A program made the translations under genes and the position numbers. DNA of 64,000 nucleotides from the human T2T-CHM13v2.0 reference genome, Homo sapiens, in NCBI RefSeq assembly GCF_009914755.1, contig NC_060945.1; one strand, written 5' to 3'. Shown one piece after another: positions 1-14,478 of this stretch; position 1 is the stretch's first letter; every line of letters starts with the position of its first letter. The notes below the pieces were generated by a model. That model ran no database searches and was not told the DNA's origin. It saw only the letters and a list, made by a program, of their open reading frames with translations.

Positions 1-694
1 ACTATCCTGCCAGATTTCTCATTCAGATCAGCCTTGGCCAGAGGAGTTTTTGATGCCTAGGTCCAGTTGAGATTCTTTCAAGAGGCTGTAGCTGGAATTG
101 TCTTTAAGAGAGTGGTTGTTCCTACCGTGCTCCAGAAGGAACTAGGTTTGAGGCTGAGTCTCTGATGTGCTCACTTTAGAGTCAGAAGAGTTAACCACAA
201 AATTATCATAGCCTTGGCCCCACAACCACCCTTGTTTCGAAACAAGCTAATTCCCAGGTACTAAAGCAGTCATCCCATACAACACTGCTCCCACAGCTCA
301 GTACCTAGTGCTGCCAGAGACCATAGTAGAACCTCAATAGTATCTGGAAAAAAAAAAAATCTTGGTTTCAGTTCCCCAAAGATGCCCCAGTGTTTTGTAA
401 CTCACAACTCGTGATCCTAATTTCTATTGGAAGGACGCTCAAAAAGGGCTTAATTTTGGCCGTATACACTGATCATTCCTGGGGGAAAGACCACCATTGC
501 ATGACACCTTAATTTACATTTCCCCTTCCAACAAGCTGTTTCTGGTACCTGGACTGTTGAGTGAGGGCTCCCTCTAGGGGCTCTGAGCCAACATCCCTGT
601 ATACAGGCGTTTTCAGGCCTGAGCCAGAATGCATGTTTAGGCCTAAGAAAGTTGCCTCCTAGGGATGGAGGAGGCGTCTTAAATCTATCTTTAC

Positions 695-990
695 GGCCCG
701 GCAGGGTGGCTCACGCCTGTAATCCCAGCACTTTGGGAGGCTGAGGTGGGCGGATCACGAGGTCAGGAGATTGAGACCATCCTGGCTAACACGATGAAAC
801 CCCATCTCTACTAAAAATACAAAAAATTAGCCGGGCGTGGTGGCAGGTGCCTGTAGTCCCAGCTACTCAGGAGACTGAGGCAGGAGAATGGCGTGAACCC
901 AGGAGGCGGAGCTTGCAGTGAGCCGAGATAGCGCCACTGCTACCCAGCCTGGGCGACAGAGTGAGACTCCGTCTCAAAAAAAAAAAAAAA
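695..990 (+). mobile_element. AluY, full length
   Basis: Dimeric Alu with AluY diagnostics (GAGACCATCCTGGCTAACAC, GGCGTGAACCC..GCGGAGCTT), poly(A), and perfect TSD AAATCTATCTTTAC at 681-694 and 989-1002. Confidence 0.95.
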
Positions 991-3915
991 ATCTATCTTT
1001 ACATAGATTTAAGCAGTCCAGAATCAACTACAGATGAACCACATGGATCCAAGGTCCCTTCATGGTTCCCTCCTTGTGCCTGAATGCAGAATGGAATTTG
1101 GGGTGGCTGATACAGCAAGGGCCACAGTGGCCTGGCGCTACCAGTTAGAAGCTAGAACCTTACAAGCACTCTGTAGTACGTTGGAACCCAGCTGCCTTGA
1201 AAATCGGTGAAAATCAGTACCTATTATTTTTCCCAGCTACACCTAAAAGGCCTGTGAAGTCTGCTTTTCCCCTGGAAACTGCAGCAGTGGCATCTTGAGG
1301 CCACCTGCCCTGCCAAGCACCTGTGGGCGCTGGGCCTTTCCCTGTGAAACTGCTATGTTGCTGTTGATGGAGAGGGGCCCACCGGCGGCTGCTGCCCACA
1401 TTTAATTTATTCCATGTTGCACCCACTTTCTAGGGCCTCTTGCAGTCCGTGAGAGGTGTGGAGGGAATTTCTGCCAGTTGGGTTTAAGATCATGGGTAGT
1501 ACATTCCAGAAAGTGGGTGTTGACTGACAGGCATCAGGGGGAAGCTAATGTAAGGATTTTCCCCATTGACTTTCCTTGCCTCAGTTACCACTGAGTACCT
1601 TCCACAGCCTTTGGGTGCACCAGGTACCGTGTTCTAAGAATATAATTTTTCTTGGACAGCTGCTGTCTTGGCTGGGGATTGGCTTGATTTCAAAACAGGT
1701 GGTGCAAATGCTGTGATAATCTTGTGAGTGTCTCATTATTAATGCTGAGCCACTTAGACTCTTGGCATTGAGCCAGTTAAACTCCTGAGTCCCTGAAGGA
1801 ATTGCACTATGAGAGGCGCTCCATATCTCTTCTGAAGTCCTTGCGCCTTTCACTTAAGATGCCCCTCCCCACCAGCCTCTCCAAAGGCCTAAGGAGACCA
1901 GTTAGGGCTCCACAGAAAGTCATTCTCTGAGGAAAAACACCACAAGCCACAACGATCCTCTAGATTCAATATGCTCACAGCCTGCTTTAAAACCTCTTAC
2001 CCAAACCAACGTCACTCCTGTAAAAACCCACTTGGCCTAATACAAACCTCCACATACAATCGAAGGTAAAATGTCACGGCCTCTACTGCACCCCATGGTT
2101 CACAAGACTCCCAATCACATGCGTCTCTTACTACCCAAACTCTGCTCTTCTGGTTTTGATTTTTCAATGTCTGTATACAATGCCGCCCTGCCAAATGTTG
2201 GGTTTCCAAAGGAACATTGCATATTCCTTTCCTGAGCTATGAAGAATTTGAGAGAGAAAATAAAGGAATGGTAGATGGGAAACCAAAACAAAACCTCAGT
2301 TGCTGATAATGGAGTAGCTTAGCGTGAGAGCCTAGTGCAAACTCCAGAATGAGTCAAGTTGACCTTATCAGGTTGTTTCTTGTTAGAGGGAAGTAACTTT
2401 TCCACCCTTGGTTTCCATGAAGGGAGATTTTCCTCTGGGCAGCATAGCACCACCTATACTCCGCTAATCAGCATGGTGGTGTGGAGGCGTAGAGTGCTAG
2501 TGGTGCTATTTGGAGACGGGCACATCCCAAGAGGAAGAATGGCCATGCAGGGCAGAGGACAACCAGTTATTTTCAGATTTATCAATCAGCCAGCGCACTC
2601 CATCTCTGCAGGGATGAGGGGAGCAAAGAGGTTGAGGGAAGATCATGTTCCAAGGTCAGAGTGTAGAAGGTGAAGGGAAGAATGTGGAAAGGAATTACGT
2701 GGAGGCAGAGTCTGGGGGCTTTGAGAAGCTTGCAAGAAGAGAAAGAGAAAGATACCCCAGAAGAGGAGCAGACTCCCATGAAAGCCACGAACTTGCCCTC
2801 TCATCTGCACACTCCACTACTAGCGGGAACATAGGTTCAGGTTTAAAAGCCAAGCCTGACCTTGTGTTTAACTGCAAACACTTCTTTTTCCTCTTCCTCA
2901 TCTTATTCTTAAAGTATAAATGCAAAGATCATGGAAAATATTTAAAAATTGAGCACATTACCTTTTCATTTTAAAACAGCCATCCTTTAAAACAGACACC
3001 ATTTTCATTCTGCACTCTTAGTTTATACTTAATCACTGTCCCGAAAGTCAGCTGTTTTCTAAACAGTTAATTTCCTTCTTTCAGGAGACCGGACCTAAAT
3101 AATTTTCCAGATACCATCTTGATATGCAGGTTTCCCATGTGATGTGAATCTCTTGGCAGGAGATCCTGTTAACAATACCCAGCACGCTATATGAAAATAT
3201 CCACTATAACTTAAGCTTTCTAAAGTAATACCTATTTGGTCCACCTCAGAAACTGACAGTAGTTCTGTTTTGAGCTATTAATTTCAGAGAATCTTCCTTT
3301 GTGAAATAAGCATGCTTATGTTTTCCTTGCTTTGATTTAAATGATAGCCTTAACTGCTGGGCACAGGACTACTATTAAAACCTTAAGAATAAGATTTTCT
3401 GAAGAAGGAACTCGTTTTTTAAGCACTGTGTTTTCATCTCATTTGAGCGTTTACTCTGGGCTTTAGAAGACCTCATCTATTATGCTCAACATCTGATATT
3501 TGAGGGGTTCTGTTTCAGGGTTCTGTGGAAAATCTGATGTGCCAAGAAGTGTTCCATACCATTCTGAGAACTCTGGATACCTGCTCAGACAGCTCTGTTT
3601 CAGCTAAACAGTAACATCTGGGAGGGAAGCTTAATGTGGAATCAAGGATGAAGTTTAACACAGGAATGAGAAGTAGAGCACATAGCTGCTAAGATAAGGT
3701 AGGAGAATTTGGCTAGTAAAAGCACTTAATGGCCTGAACTTGTGTTTACTAGGGCCTGGGAGAGCAGACAGCTGCCAGCATACTTAAAATAGGTTGAGTA
3801 TGAAGTATGCACTTAAGGACTAAAAGAATTGCAGAAATTTAAGCAATGACTCAGTTACAAATCCAAGCCCCTTCAGAAAGTACAGGAACTATGGGGAGGA
3901 ATAGAAAGAACATAA

Positions 3916-4269
<354 letters not shown>

Positions 4270-4433
4270 TTAGCCACAGTATAGCCAAAGGAAAATTACT
4301 TAATGTCTCTCAGATAGAATTTCCTTATATGTATGTCTTTCATGTTGGGACTTCTGGTCCTCGATAGCAAAGTAAGACTGACTCAAACTTCTACTCACAC
4401 CTCGTGAAAATTCAAATCAATTCACCGCATTGA

Positions 4434-5031
<598 letters not shown>

Positions 5032-5789
5032 GGTTACAGTTTTCTAAGAAATGGCAATGGAAGGCCTCACTGAGAAGATGTAAGAACTGAAGGAGGTGAA
5101 GTGAGTTTTAGTGGTTACACATTGCAAATTATTTTTGGCTAAGTTGTAAGTAAAAAATAGAGGAAATAACCAATCTTGTATGGTTGTAGTAAGAATCAAA
5201 TGAAACAATGTATGGAAGAGTGTCTACCAGAAGGCCCCATGACACAGCTAGCACGCAATAAGCTTTCATCGTCTTGTATAGAATGGTACCATCCAATTCA
5301 GTACCCACTAGCCACATGCCACGTGTCACAACCCCCTTCTTTTCTTAGTACCTTTTTGTCAGAGGTCCCCTCTCTGTTCCTCCAACTTGCCAAAATTCAC
5401 CTCCATCTCCTTTGCAGCATTTGAGAAGGAACTGGCCAAGAAGTGTTTTTGGAATTCTTAGCTGACCACCCACCTCCAGCCTACAGAGGTGGTTGAAAAG
5501 ACTAAGAAGAGTTTTTTGGAGAAGATAGAGAATTTTGTTAGAAAATGTGGTAGTGCTGGGACTGTAACCTTCTTAATCTTAGTGAGGGGGGCTATGAGAT
5601 GCCCACTAAAAAAGCCTTGACATGAGTCACCTAGAGTTTGGGAGACACAAAGGACTGGCACCTTATGCATAAAAAATATTGCTTGAGTAGATGGATGAAA
5701 CTCCTGTGGCAGCAGAATAGAGTGGCATTTGGGAAGAAGAAGAATTGGCACTGGTGGGGGTAAAAGTTATAGGACTTCAGCCACCAGAT

Positions 5790-6860
5790 GTGGAACCTAA
5801 ATGAGGACTGTTCGTCTGAGGTCATTTCCAAGGGGATCCTATTCAACAGGGCTTCTGCCAGGGAGGGAGGTTGCCTTTGAAAGAGAAAATCTGAGATTTA
5901 CCCTCAGGTACAGAAGCTGAGGGATTGCTCATGGTCAACCAATGGAGCTCTAAAAGATGAGCGGGAAGCTGGGTGAAGAGGAAGCATGTTTTGAGCCAAG
6001 GCAATTGCATATGCAAAGGCTGAGGGATGAGAGAGGGCCTCTCATGGTTTATTTGTAGAGCTGAAAGATGTTTGGTGTGGTTGCATGCCATGTATGTGTG
6101 GCCGGGGATAATGAGGGCTCCAGGTTGGAGGAGTGACATGTGGTGAGTCAGGAGAGGGGTGAGAAGAGTCCAGACCTTCTCAGGTATATGATAAAGTTTG
6201 ACATTTATCTTAAGGACAATGGGAAACTTTTGAAAGGTGTGATATGATCAGTCCTGTGTTTCACAGTTTGTTTTGGCTGCAGTGAGGAGAGTGGATTGTG
6301 GAGTGGGAAGAGTGGAATGGGAGATACCAGTAAGAAACCACGGCTGTAGTCAGACAAGAAGTTAGGTGGACTGGACCAGGGATGTGTTCGTGGGAAATCA
6401 GAACAGTGGCCAGATTCATGAAACATGGCAGAGATGACTGTCCTGAGGTAGAAGAAGAGCTGGTAAAAAAGATAGAACCACAGACGATCCCCAGGTTCCT
6501 TTCTTGAACAACAGAGTGGAAGATGTTTCTGTTCAATGCGATGGTGAACACGAGGTCAGAGCAGGTTTGTGGAACCAGGTGTTAAATTCAGTGATGAGTG
6601 TACTGCAGGCAAGGCATGCTGTGTGGCGCCCATGTGGTTGTTGACATGTAAGACTTCTGCTCAGGAGGAAGATTTGGGCCAAAGCTTTACATTTATGCCT
6701 TTGGCATATGGTCCACTTTTGAAGCTATGTGAGAGGAAAAGCTTGCCTGAAAAGTGTGTGTGTGGTGAACAGAGGAGATAGCCCAGGACAGACCCCAAAG
6801 GAATACTGATGACTGGGAAAGAAGAACTCATAATGGAGATAAGGAACACTAGAGGAGAAG
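5790..6860. mobile_element. Ancient L2 LINE fragments
   Basis: Degenerate L2-type phrases (e.g. TGCAAAGGCTGAGG, AATGGGAAACTTTTGAAAGG..GATATGATC, CCCAGGTTCC..GAACAAC); boundaries approximate. Confidence 0.6.
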
Positions 6861-6885
6861 GAAGATCAGAAGCAAGCAAGATCTT

Positions 6886-7349
6886 GCAGCAGCAAGATTT
6901 ATTGTGAAGAGTGAAAGAAAAAGCTTCCACAGCATGGAAGGGGACCGGAGCGGGTTGCCCCTGCTGACTGGGGTGGCCAGCTTTTATTCCCTTATTTGGC
7001 TCTGCCACATCCTGCTGATTGGTCCATTTTACAGAGCACTGATTGGTCCATTTTGCAGAGTGCTGATTGGTCTGTTTTTACAGAGTGCTGATTGGTGCGT
7101 TTACAAACCTTTAGCTAGACACAGAGTGCTGATTGGTCCGTTTTTACAGAGGGCTGTTTGGTGCGTTTACAAACCCTTAGCTAGACACAGAGCGCTGATT
7201 GGTGCGTTTTTACAGAGTGCTGATTGGTGCGTTTACAAACCTTTAGCTAGACACAGAGTGCTGATTGGTGTGTTTACAATCCTTTAGCTAGACAGAAAAG
7301 TTCTCCAAGTCCCCACCTAACCCAGAAGGCCAGCTGGCTTCACCTCTCA
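6886..7349 (-). mobile_element. LTR12 (HERV9) 3' LTR, U3-R only (U5 absent)
   Basis: Begins TGAGAGGTGAAGCCAGCTGG after a polypurine tract; tandem GCTGATTGGT repeats; ends TCTTGCTGCTGC just after AATAAA (6898-6903, minus strand). Confidence 0.9.
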
Positions 7350-9807
7350 ATCCCCCCTCTAAACAGGACACCCCAACTGCTGCTGGGAATTGGGCGATGA
7401 CTGCTCTAGCTACTTCCTGCTGGATAGAGGCAAAGAAGGGTCCCTGCAGTTGCAGTGTCTTCCAGAGGGGAACTCTCTAGGCCAGTGAAAGGGCCAGCGG
7501 GTCGGTCCAGGGGTCCTCGGTAGAAGTTGTTAGTTTAGCTCATTTGGGGTTCCATTCGTAAGACCATCTGTAGCTTGATGGCCTCGATTCTAGAGGAAAC
7601 AGATTTGACAAGGAGGTTAAAAATAAGGGTCCGAAGGCGAGTAATAGCAAGATGGCTGCCACAGGACCTAGAAAGGGGAGAAGCCATGTTGCCCAACTCC
7701 AGAGGTTGGTATAAGAGTTTTGAAAGGCGTTGTCTGATTTCAGAAGCCTTTTCCTGTAAGCGCCAGGTGGCATCTCTTACTATCCCTGACTGATTAGTGT
7801 AAAAACAACACTCTTCCCCTAAGAAGATGCAGAGTCCTCCTTTCTCAGCAGTGAGGAGGTCTAGGCCTCAGCAGTTTTGGAGAGTCACTGCTGCCAAAGA
7901 GTCTATTTGGGATTGTAGAGTAAGGATAGATTTCGTTATTTCTTGCAAACTATCTGAGAAATCCTGTGAGAGTGTGTGGTAGTAGGATAATGAAGTGGAT
8001 ATACTGGCTATTCCGGTTCCTGTAGCAGTAGCCATTCCTAACCCTATTAAGTAGGGTATTAGTTGTATGGCTCTGCACTGACGGACTTGAGCTTTGAGGG
8101 GAACAGATAGGGTCTGATTTCCATAAAATTAGAAGTTAGTACAATACATGTTACACTGTTAACTTTTAGCAAACTTTTGTTGAAAACCTTGTAAGTTTGG
8201 GGTTTTAATTTTTCTTTGCTATTAATAAAACCTCATTCAGTCCATATTAACTTAGAATTGGTATAGATGGCTCCTTCCTGATACTGTAAGTACTTTAAGG
8301 TTTGGCTGAGTGCAAACAGCTGCATGTTTGAACAGACCAATTATTAGGCAATTTTCTTAACTGCTTCTACAAGAGTTTCCTTATCACTTACTGAATACCC
8401 ATTGTGTCTTTTTTCCTTAGTAGTTGAGGAGGAACCGTATATTATCCTGTCCTGAAGGGAGTTCCTCCTAGATCTGGTCAGACCTTTGTATGGTAATTAA
8501 TTAAGATTTAGATCCCCTGTTAGGAAACCTGCTGGGTTAAGGATTTTTGATAGGAAGGCTATGGGTTGTCAGTGGCTTCAGTGCTTTCGGGCTACGCCCT
8601 TGTTTACACTGACAACAAGGTGATATTGGAGTGTTACAGGGTTACAGAGAAGACCTTCAATTATCAATTATAGGTTTTAAATTTACCCTGGCTTTTAATG
8701 GAATAGGGTACACTGTTTTTCCTTTACTACTTCTATCTCTCTCTTTCTCTCTCTTTGACTTCTTCTTTGTCTCTTTCTTTCTCTCTTCCTTTCTGTTGCC
8801 TCTGCCAGCTGCTTATGTTGCTGTTTTCCCCTCTCCTTCCCCTTTTGATGGCTTTGGCAGTGTAAGACTGCCACCTCCTTGGGTTTTTACACTGCATGCA
8901 ATAACTCCATGGTTTCTTTGTGATATTTAATGGGCGTTCCCCCAGAGGTTAGTAACTCCCTTTCTTTCCATATTGCAGCATGGGCATGTAGGATTAGATA
9001 AGCATACTTGCTATCTGTATACACATTTATTCTTCTTCCCTTTCCCAGTTCTAAGGCTCGGGTCAGTGCCACTAGTTCTGCTAACGGGGCGCTGGTCCCT
9101 GGGGGAAGAGGCTTACTTTCAAGTACTGTTACTGTGGCATAACCTGCCCTTCGTATCCCATTCTCCACAAGTGAACTTCCGTCGGTATATAGGTTAAGGT
9201 GAGGATTAGCTACGGGGACTTCTAAGAGATCATGTCAGGCGGCCTAAGTCTGGACTACAATTTGTTGGCAGTCACGCTCGATTGGTTCCCCATCCTCTGG
9301 GAGAAAAGTGGCAGGGTTGAGGGCCACGCATGTACATATTTGAAGCACCAGTCCCTCAATGAGTAGCGCCTGGTATCTGAGTAGGTGGTTGTCTGATAGC
9401 CATAAACTTCCTTTGGCACCTAGTATGCCATTTACATCATGAGTAGTCCAGACAGTGAGATCCTTTCCTTGTATTATTTTGATAGCCTCTGACACTAAGA
9501 TGGCCACCGCCACAACTACCCTTAAAGAGTGAGGCCAGCCTTTCGCTACTACATCAATTTCCTTACTTAGGTATGCCACTGGTTGTGGGGTTGCCCCATG
9601 AGTCTGAGTAAGGACTCCAAGAGCCATCCTTGCTCTCTCTGTGATGCATAAAGAAAAGTTTCATCCTGTGGGAAGGCTTAAGGCTGGAGCTTGAGTTTGT
9701 TCCTTCCAATGCCCAGACTTCAGGGTTGATTCCCTCCTCAAGTAGGGGACAACAAATGGGTAACTCGTTCCCCATATTCATGTAGATAATAACTCCAGCT
9801 TTGGCTA
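7350..9807 (-). mobile_element. HERV9 internal region, 5'-truncated and internally deleted (pro/pol, RNase H, env TM remnants)
   Basis: ORF 9244-9627 (PVAYLSKEIDVVAKGWPH...LNPATFLP) is the pol tether; ORF 8887-9168 (AELVALTRAL, INVYTDSKYA) is RNase H; ~7790-7900 reads [27 protein letters not shown], the env ISD/CX6CC; all disrupted. Confidence 0.9.
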
Positions 9808-10344
9808 CTCCTACTGGATCTAGTGGAGTCAGCGTGATCCGCTTCTCCCACTCACCTAGTCCCCACACGCCCTGAGAGCTAGTCCCTGTGGTCTGATGTC
9901 CACCCCTCACTTCTTCTGCCCTTTCCTTATACTTCCCTGCTGGAGTGACTGGAAGTGGGGATGCTCTTCCCTGGACACAGGGGAGAAGGAGGGCCCCTGG
10001 GGTTGTCACTTCCTCTGCCCTTTTGGGTGGGGCAGGAAGGGCACATTTGATGTTAGCAATTCAGCGTAAAAGTGAAAACTAATTTGGCCTCAAGATTTAA
10101 GAGTCATCCAAACAACAGTTACAGGGCTAATATCTTTAATCTTTACACATTTGACAATATCCAATAAAAAGAACACCAAACTACATCAAGACAAAGGAGC
10201 AACAGACATGGGCCTGCAGAGGACAAAAGAGAAAACAGGAGCACTCAATAACCAGGAACTCAGGGACTTTGGAGGCAACCTGTGTGGGTTAAACATGCTT
10301 TTGAAGATTTTTATCATTATTTCTCATTAGAAATATAAAAAGTG

Positions 10345-10758
<414 letters not shown>

Positions 10759-11476
10759 TCAAATTAGAAAATAAAAAATGAGGGGGAGTGAAACTGGCAT
10801 TCTAACACAAGGGGGGTAGTATTTAAAATAGCTTTTATGCTTTGGGGAAGCAGTTTGATATTTTATTTAAAACATTTTAAACTAGCCATAACATCAGACA
10901 CAGTAATTGTATGCCAAGGAATCCATCCTGAAGAACAATAATCTTAAATTTTAGGACTATTATTAATCCATAATAATAATAATAAAAATTTCTTCTTATA
11001 TCAAGATGTCCATCATAGCATTTATCATAGTAAATAATTTTGAATAGACCTTTAGAAATGGAAAAAAGCAAAGCACTATATTGTATCTCTACTCAAACTA
11101 AGATTTGACACTGTACTCGGCTCTTTTTATAATTTTTCCCTTAATCCTCACAGTAAAATCAAATGTTTGACACAATGATTGTCTCTTTATGAGTTTTTAG
11201 CTAACAAAATGTTTATGGTAAACATGGAATAAAATGAAAAATACTCATGACAGATGCTAAACATGAAAGCAAGTGATTTATGTATCTAGTATGATTATAA
11301 CCAGGTATATCGAAATCTCTCTGTGAATAAAAAAAATTGAAGTCCATCTGGGGTGAACAGTTGTTATTTATTAAAATTTGCTTTTGCGAGTACTCATGAA
11401 TCTTGAGACAATAACCACCACCACGATTATAAAACTATCAAACACGATTTTAAGCAAAGAAAGAAATGGGGAAAAC

Positions 11477-12220
11477 CGTGAAAGGAAAATAAATCTCAAG
11501 ACTCCAGAATCACTAAGCCAAAGGGAAAAGTCAAGCTGGGAACTGCATCAGACAAACCTGCCTCCCATTTTATTCCTAAATAAAATAACTACAAAGAAAA
11601 ACAATAAAAATAAAAAAGCTACATACCTCCCTCACAATTTGCCCGTAAGGAAATTCCTTGTGAGCCTCAAAGATCTTTACCCTAAAACAGTTCTGTTGAA
11701 CTTCATCCTGGCCATATTAATTGATACCTTATCTTCACAGGCCCAGGACAGAGGACAGACAGAACTCTTGATCATTGCTCTGCTCACCTGTGACAAATGC
11801 ATTTCTCATTGCTTCCTCTGACCTATTGTTTATGTAAAAATGCAGATTCACTGAGTCAGACTAAGGCATCAGTGACTATTCCTCTATTCATTCCACCTCA
11901 CATGTATTCAGTGAAAGGCTGATCGAAGACCCCAAAGAATGAAACCTTTTGTCCCTTATCTACCTCTGACCTGGAATCCCTTACTTCGAGTTGTTCCACC
12001 TTTCTGGACCAAACCAATGTACCTCTTATGCATATTGATTGAGGTCTCATCAATGTATAAAATCAAGCTAAAATGTATAAAACCAAGCTGTGCCCTGACC
12101 ACTTGGGTACATGTCATCATGTACCCAAGACTTCCTGACGCTGTCATAGGCACGTCCTTAGCCTTGGCAGATAAACTTTCTAAATTAATTGAGACCTGTC
12201 TCAAATACTTTGGGCTCACA
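11477..12220 (+). mobile_element. MER4-family solo LTR (ERV1)
   Basis: Starts (T/C)GTGAAAGGAAAATAAATCT..AAGGGAAAAGTCAAGCTGGGAACTGC, ends ..TGGGCTCACA; 4-bp TSD AAAC. Confidence 0.85.
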
Positions 12221-12409
12221 AAACGTAGCTGTCCATCAGGCAGATATCTAAAAGCAAGAAGTGATATTTTACTCAGCTAAAAGCTGCTATTTTGTCGGCG
12301 GCCTCAGAGGCCTTCCACAATGAACTCCCTCCCCAACCCTCTGGCCTCATTCCCAGGCCCCTGTCCTCTCCTGGGAACTCCTGGGAATGTCATGTTTGCC
12401 CCATTGTCA

Positions 12410-12764
<355 letters not shown>

Positions 12765-13674
12765 CCCCACATGCTTCCTCCTTCCTACCATTCTACCTCC
12801 AATCCCCATCCCCATATCCTGCCCTCTTGTTTTCTCTCTTTGTAATGCCTGCCACCTCCCAACATAGTATAGAATGAGCTTGTTTACTTAGTCTAGTGTT
12901 TAATGTCTGTCTCACTCCACTAGAATGTAATCATCGCAAGGCCAGGAGATGCGTTTGGTCTGTGCTGCATCTCAAGCAGGACAATGGCTGGAACATAGTA
13001 GGGTCTCCAAAAATGTTTGTTGAACGTTGCTGATGGCGGCATCCTGGAGTAGGAAAAAGACTGAAGAGTGGAAAAAGAAATCCTGACATGAATTCTGGGC
13101 AAAGGCAAGCAGTAGCTGACTTGGAAAATGATTACAGTAGGTTTTGTGCCATTTGAGTTATCAGTATTGCAGATGTTTTTGCACCTGCTCCACCAACAAT
13201 AATTGGGTTAAGGCTTGCAGCTGGGATATTATACAGCTTGCTTTATCTAGGTTTTGTTTTGCTTGCAAATCAATCAATACTTACAATGATTTTAACAAGG
13301 GGAAAGAGCCGTAGTTGTAGACCTTGGAGTGTATTTTTTTTTGTCTAGCTTTAAAAAAAATTGTTAATGTTTTGATACTGTAACTCTTTTTAGTAGTTGT
13401 GGCTTTGCAGACCTTGCTGCACTTTGATCTTTTTCTCGTTCCAGCTATAGATGGCAGCACACCACTACCTACGATCCGATCACCAGCCTGGGTTTGTAAG
13501 TCAGAGCTGTTGGTCAGGAGATGGCAGCTAATGAGTAATCAGTCCAAACTGAATGGCAAATTAATGTCTTCATTAAGTGAACAAACCAGCTTCCTCCATA
13601 AACAAGGTCAGAGTATTTATAACCCAGTGTATTTCATAAAAGCAAAAACGCATCTCCATTTACATAACTTTACT

Positions 13675-13811
13675 ATGGAGCTCATGATTTATCTGCACAA
13701 AGCATATGCAAAATCTCACTTGTATACCGTCTTTAATAAGGACCCATGCCATTCTGATGTAATTATTAATAAAGTCACACTTGATAAGCAGCCTTGTTTT
13801 TCTTACACAAG
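13675..13811 (+). pseudogene. Candidate exon 1 (MELMIYLHKAYAKSHLYTVFNKDPCHSDVIINKVTLDKQPCFSYT)
   Basis: actATGG Kozak context inside the 138-aa ORF 13399-13815, which stays open up to donor AAG|GTAAAT; ends phase 2. Confidence 0.5.
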
Positions 13812-14140
13812 GTAAATGAAAAGGTGATTGCTTTAAACAAAAGCCACTCTTATAAGATGATATTGGGTGGCCTGTTCCAAATTGAGTTCTTAGTAATAAA
13901 AATGAAGTGTGATCCTTATTGATCAAATATATCTGCCACTTAGGTTCTATGAGAACTTACTTAAAATTTAGAGTTGGTTACACAGGTATAAAGTTTGATA
14001 TTTACCATATGCTACATGTCACTTCAATTCAGTGAATTGAATGCTTAATTTTGCCATCCTTGTCAGAGAACAATGTAGAAATTTCAGAAACTTTTCACAA
14101 AATGACCAGGTGTCAAAGACTCTGAATTTCTGTTTCTAGA

Positions 14141-14462
14141 TCAGTGTCATCCAGTAGAAATATAAAATGAGCCAAATGCAAGTTGCATGTGAAGTTTTAA
14201 ATTTTCTAGAAACCACATGTTAAAAAGTAAAAAAAGAGGTGAAATTAATTTGAATACTGTACTATATTTTATTTAACCAGATATATCCAAAATATTATTT
14301 TTATCAGGTAATCTATATAAAAATTATTGCAATATTGCACATTCATTTTTTTTAATCTGGTGTGTATTTTACACTCACAGCTCATTTCGATTTAGATTAG
14401 CCAGATTTTAAGTGCTCAGTAGCCACATGTGGCTAGTTGGCCACATCATGTTCCGCTCGGCT
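14141..14462. mobile_element. MER33-like hAT-Charlie DNA transposon
   Basis: TCCAGTAGAAATATAA..., AAGTGCTCAGTAGCCACATGTGGCTAG terminal motif. Confidence 0.75.
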
Positions 14463-14478
14463 CTAAAGACTTAGTGCC

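Noticed and set aside
6904-7287. Regularly spaced repeats resembling a CRISPR array, and a repetitive 127-aa ORF
   Set aside because: LTR12 U3 tandem repeats; no unique spacers or cas genes; eukaryotic context
7540-8120. Syncytin-like env (ISD plus CX6CC)
   Set aside because: SU is deleted, there is a stop inside the ISD and there are frameshifts, so it cannot encode a fusogen
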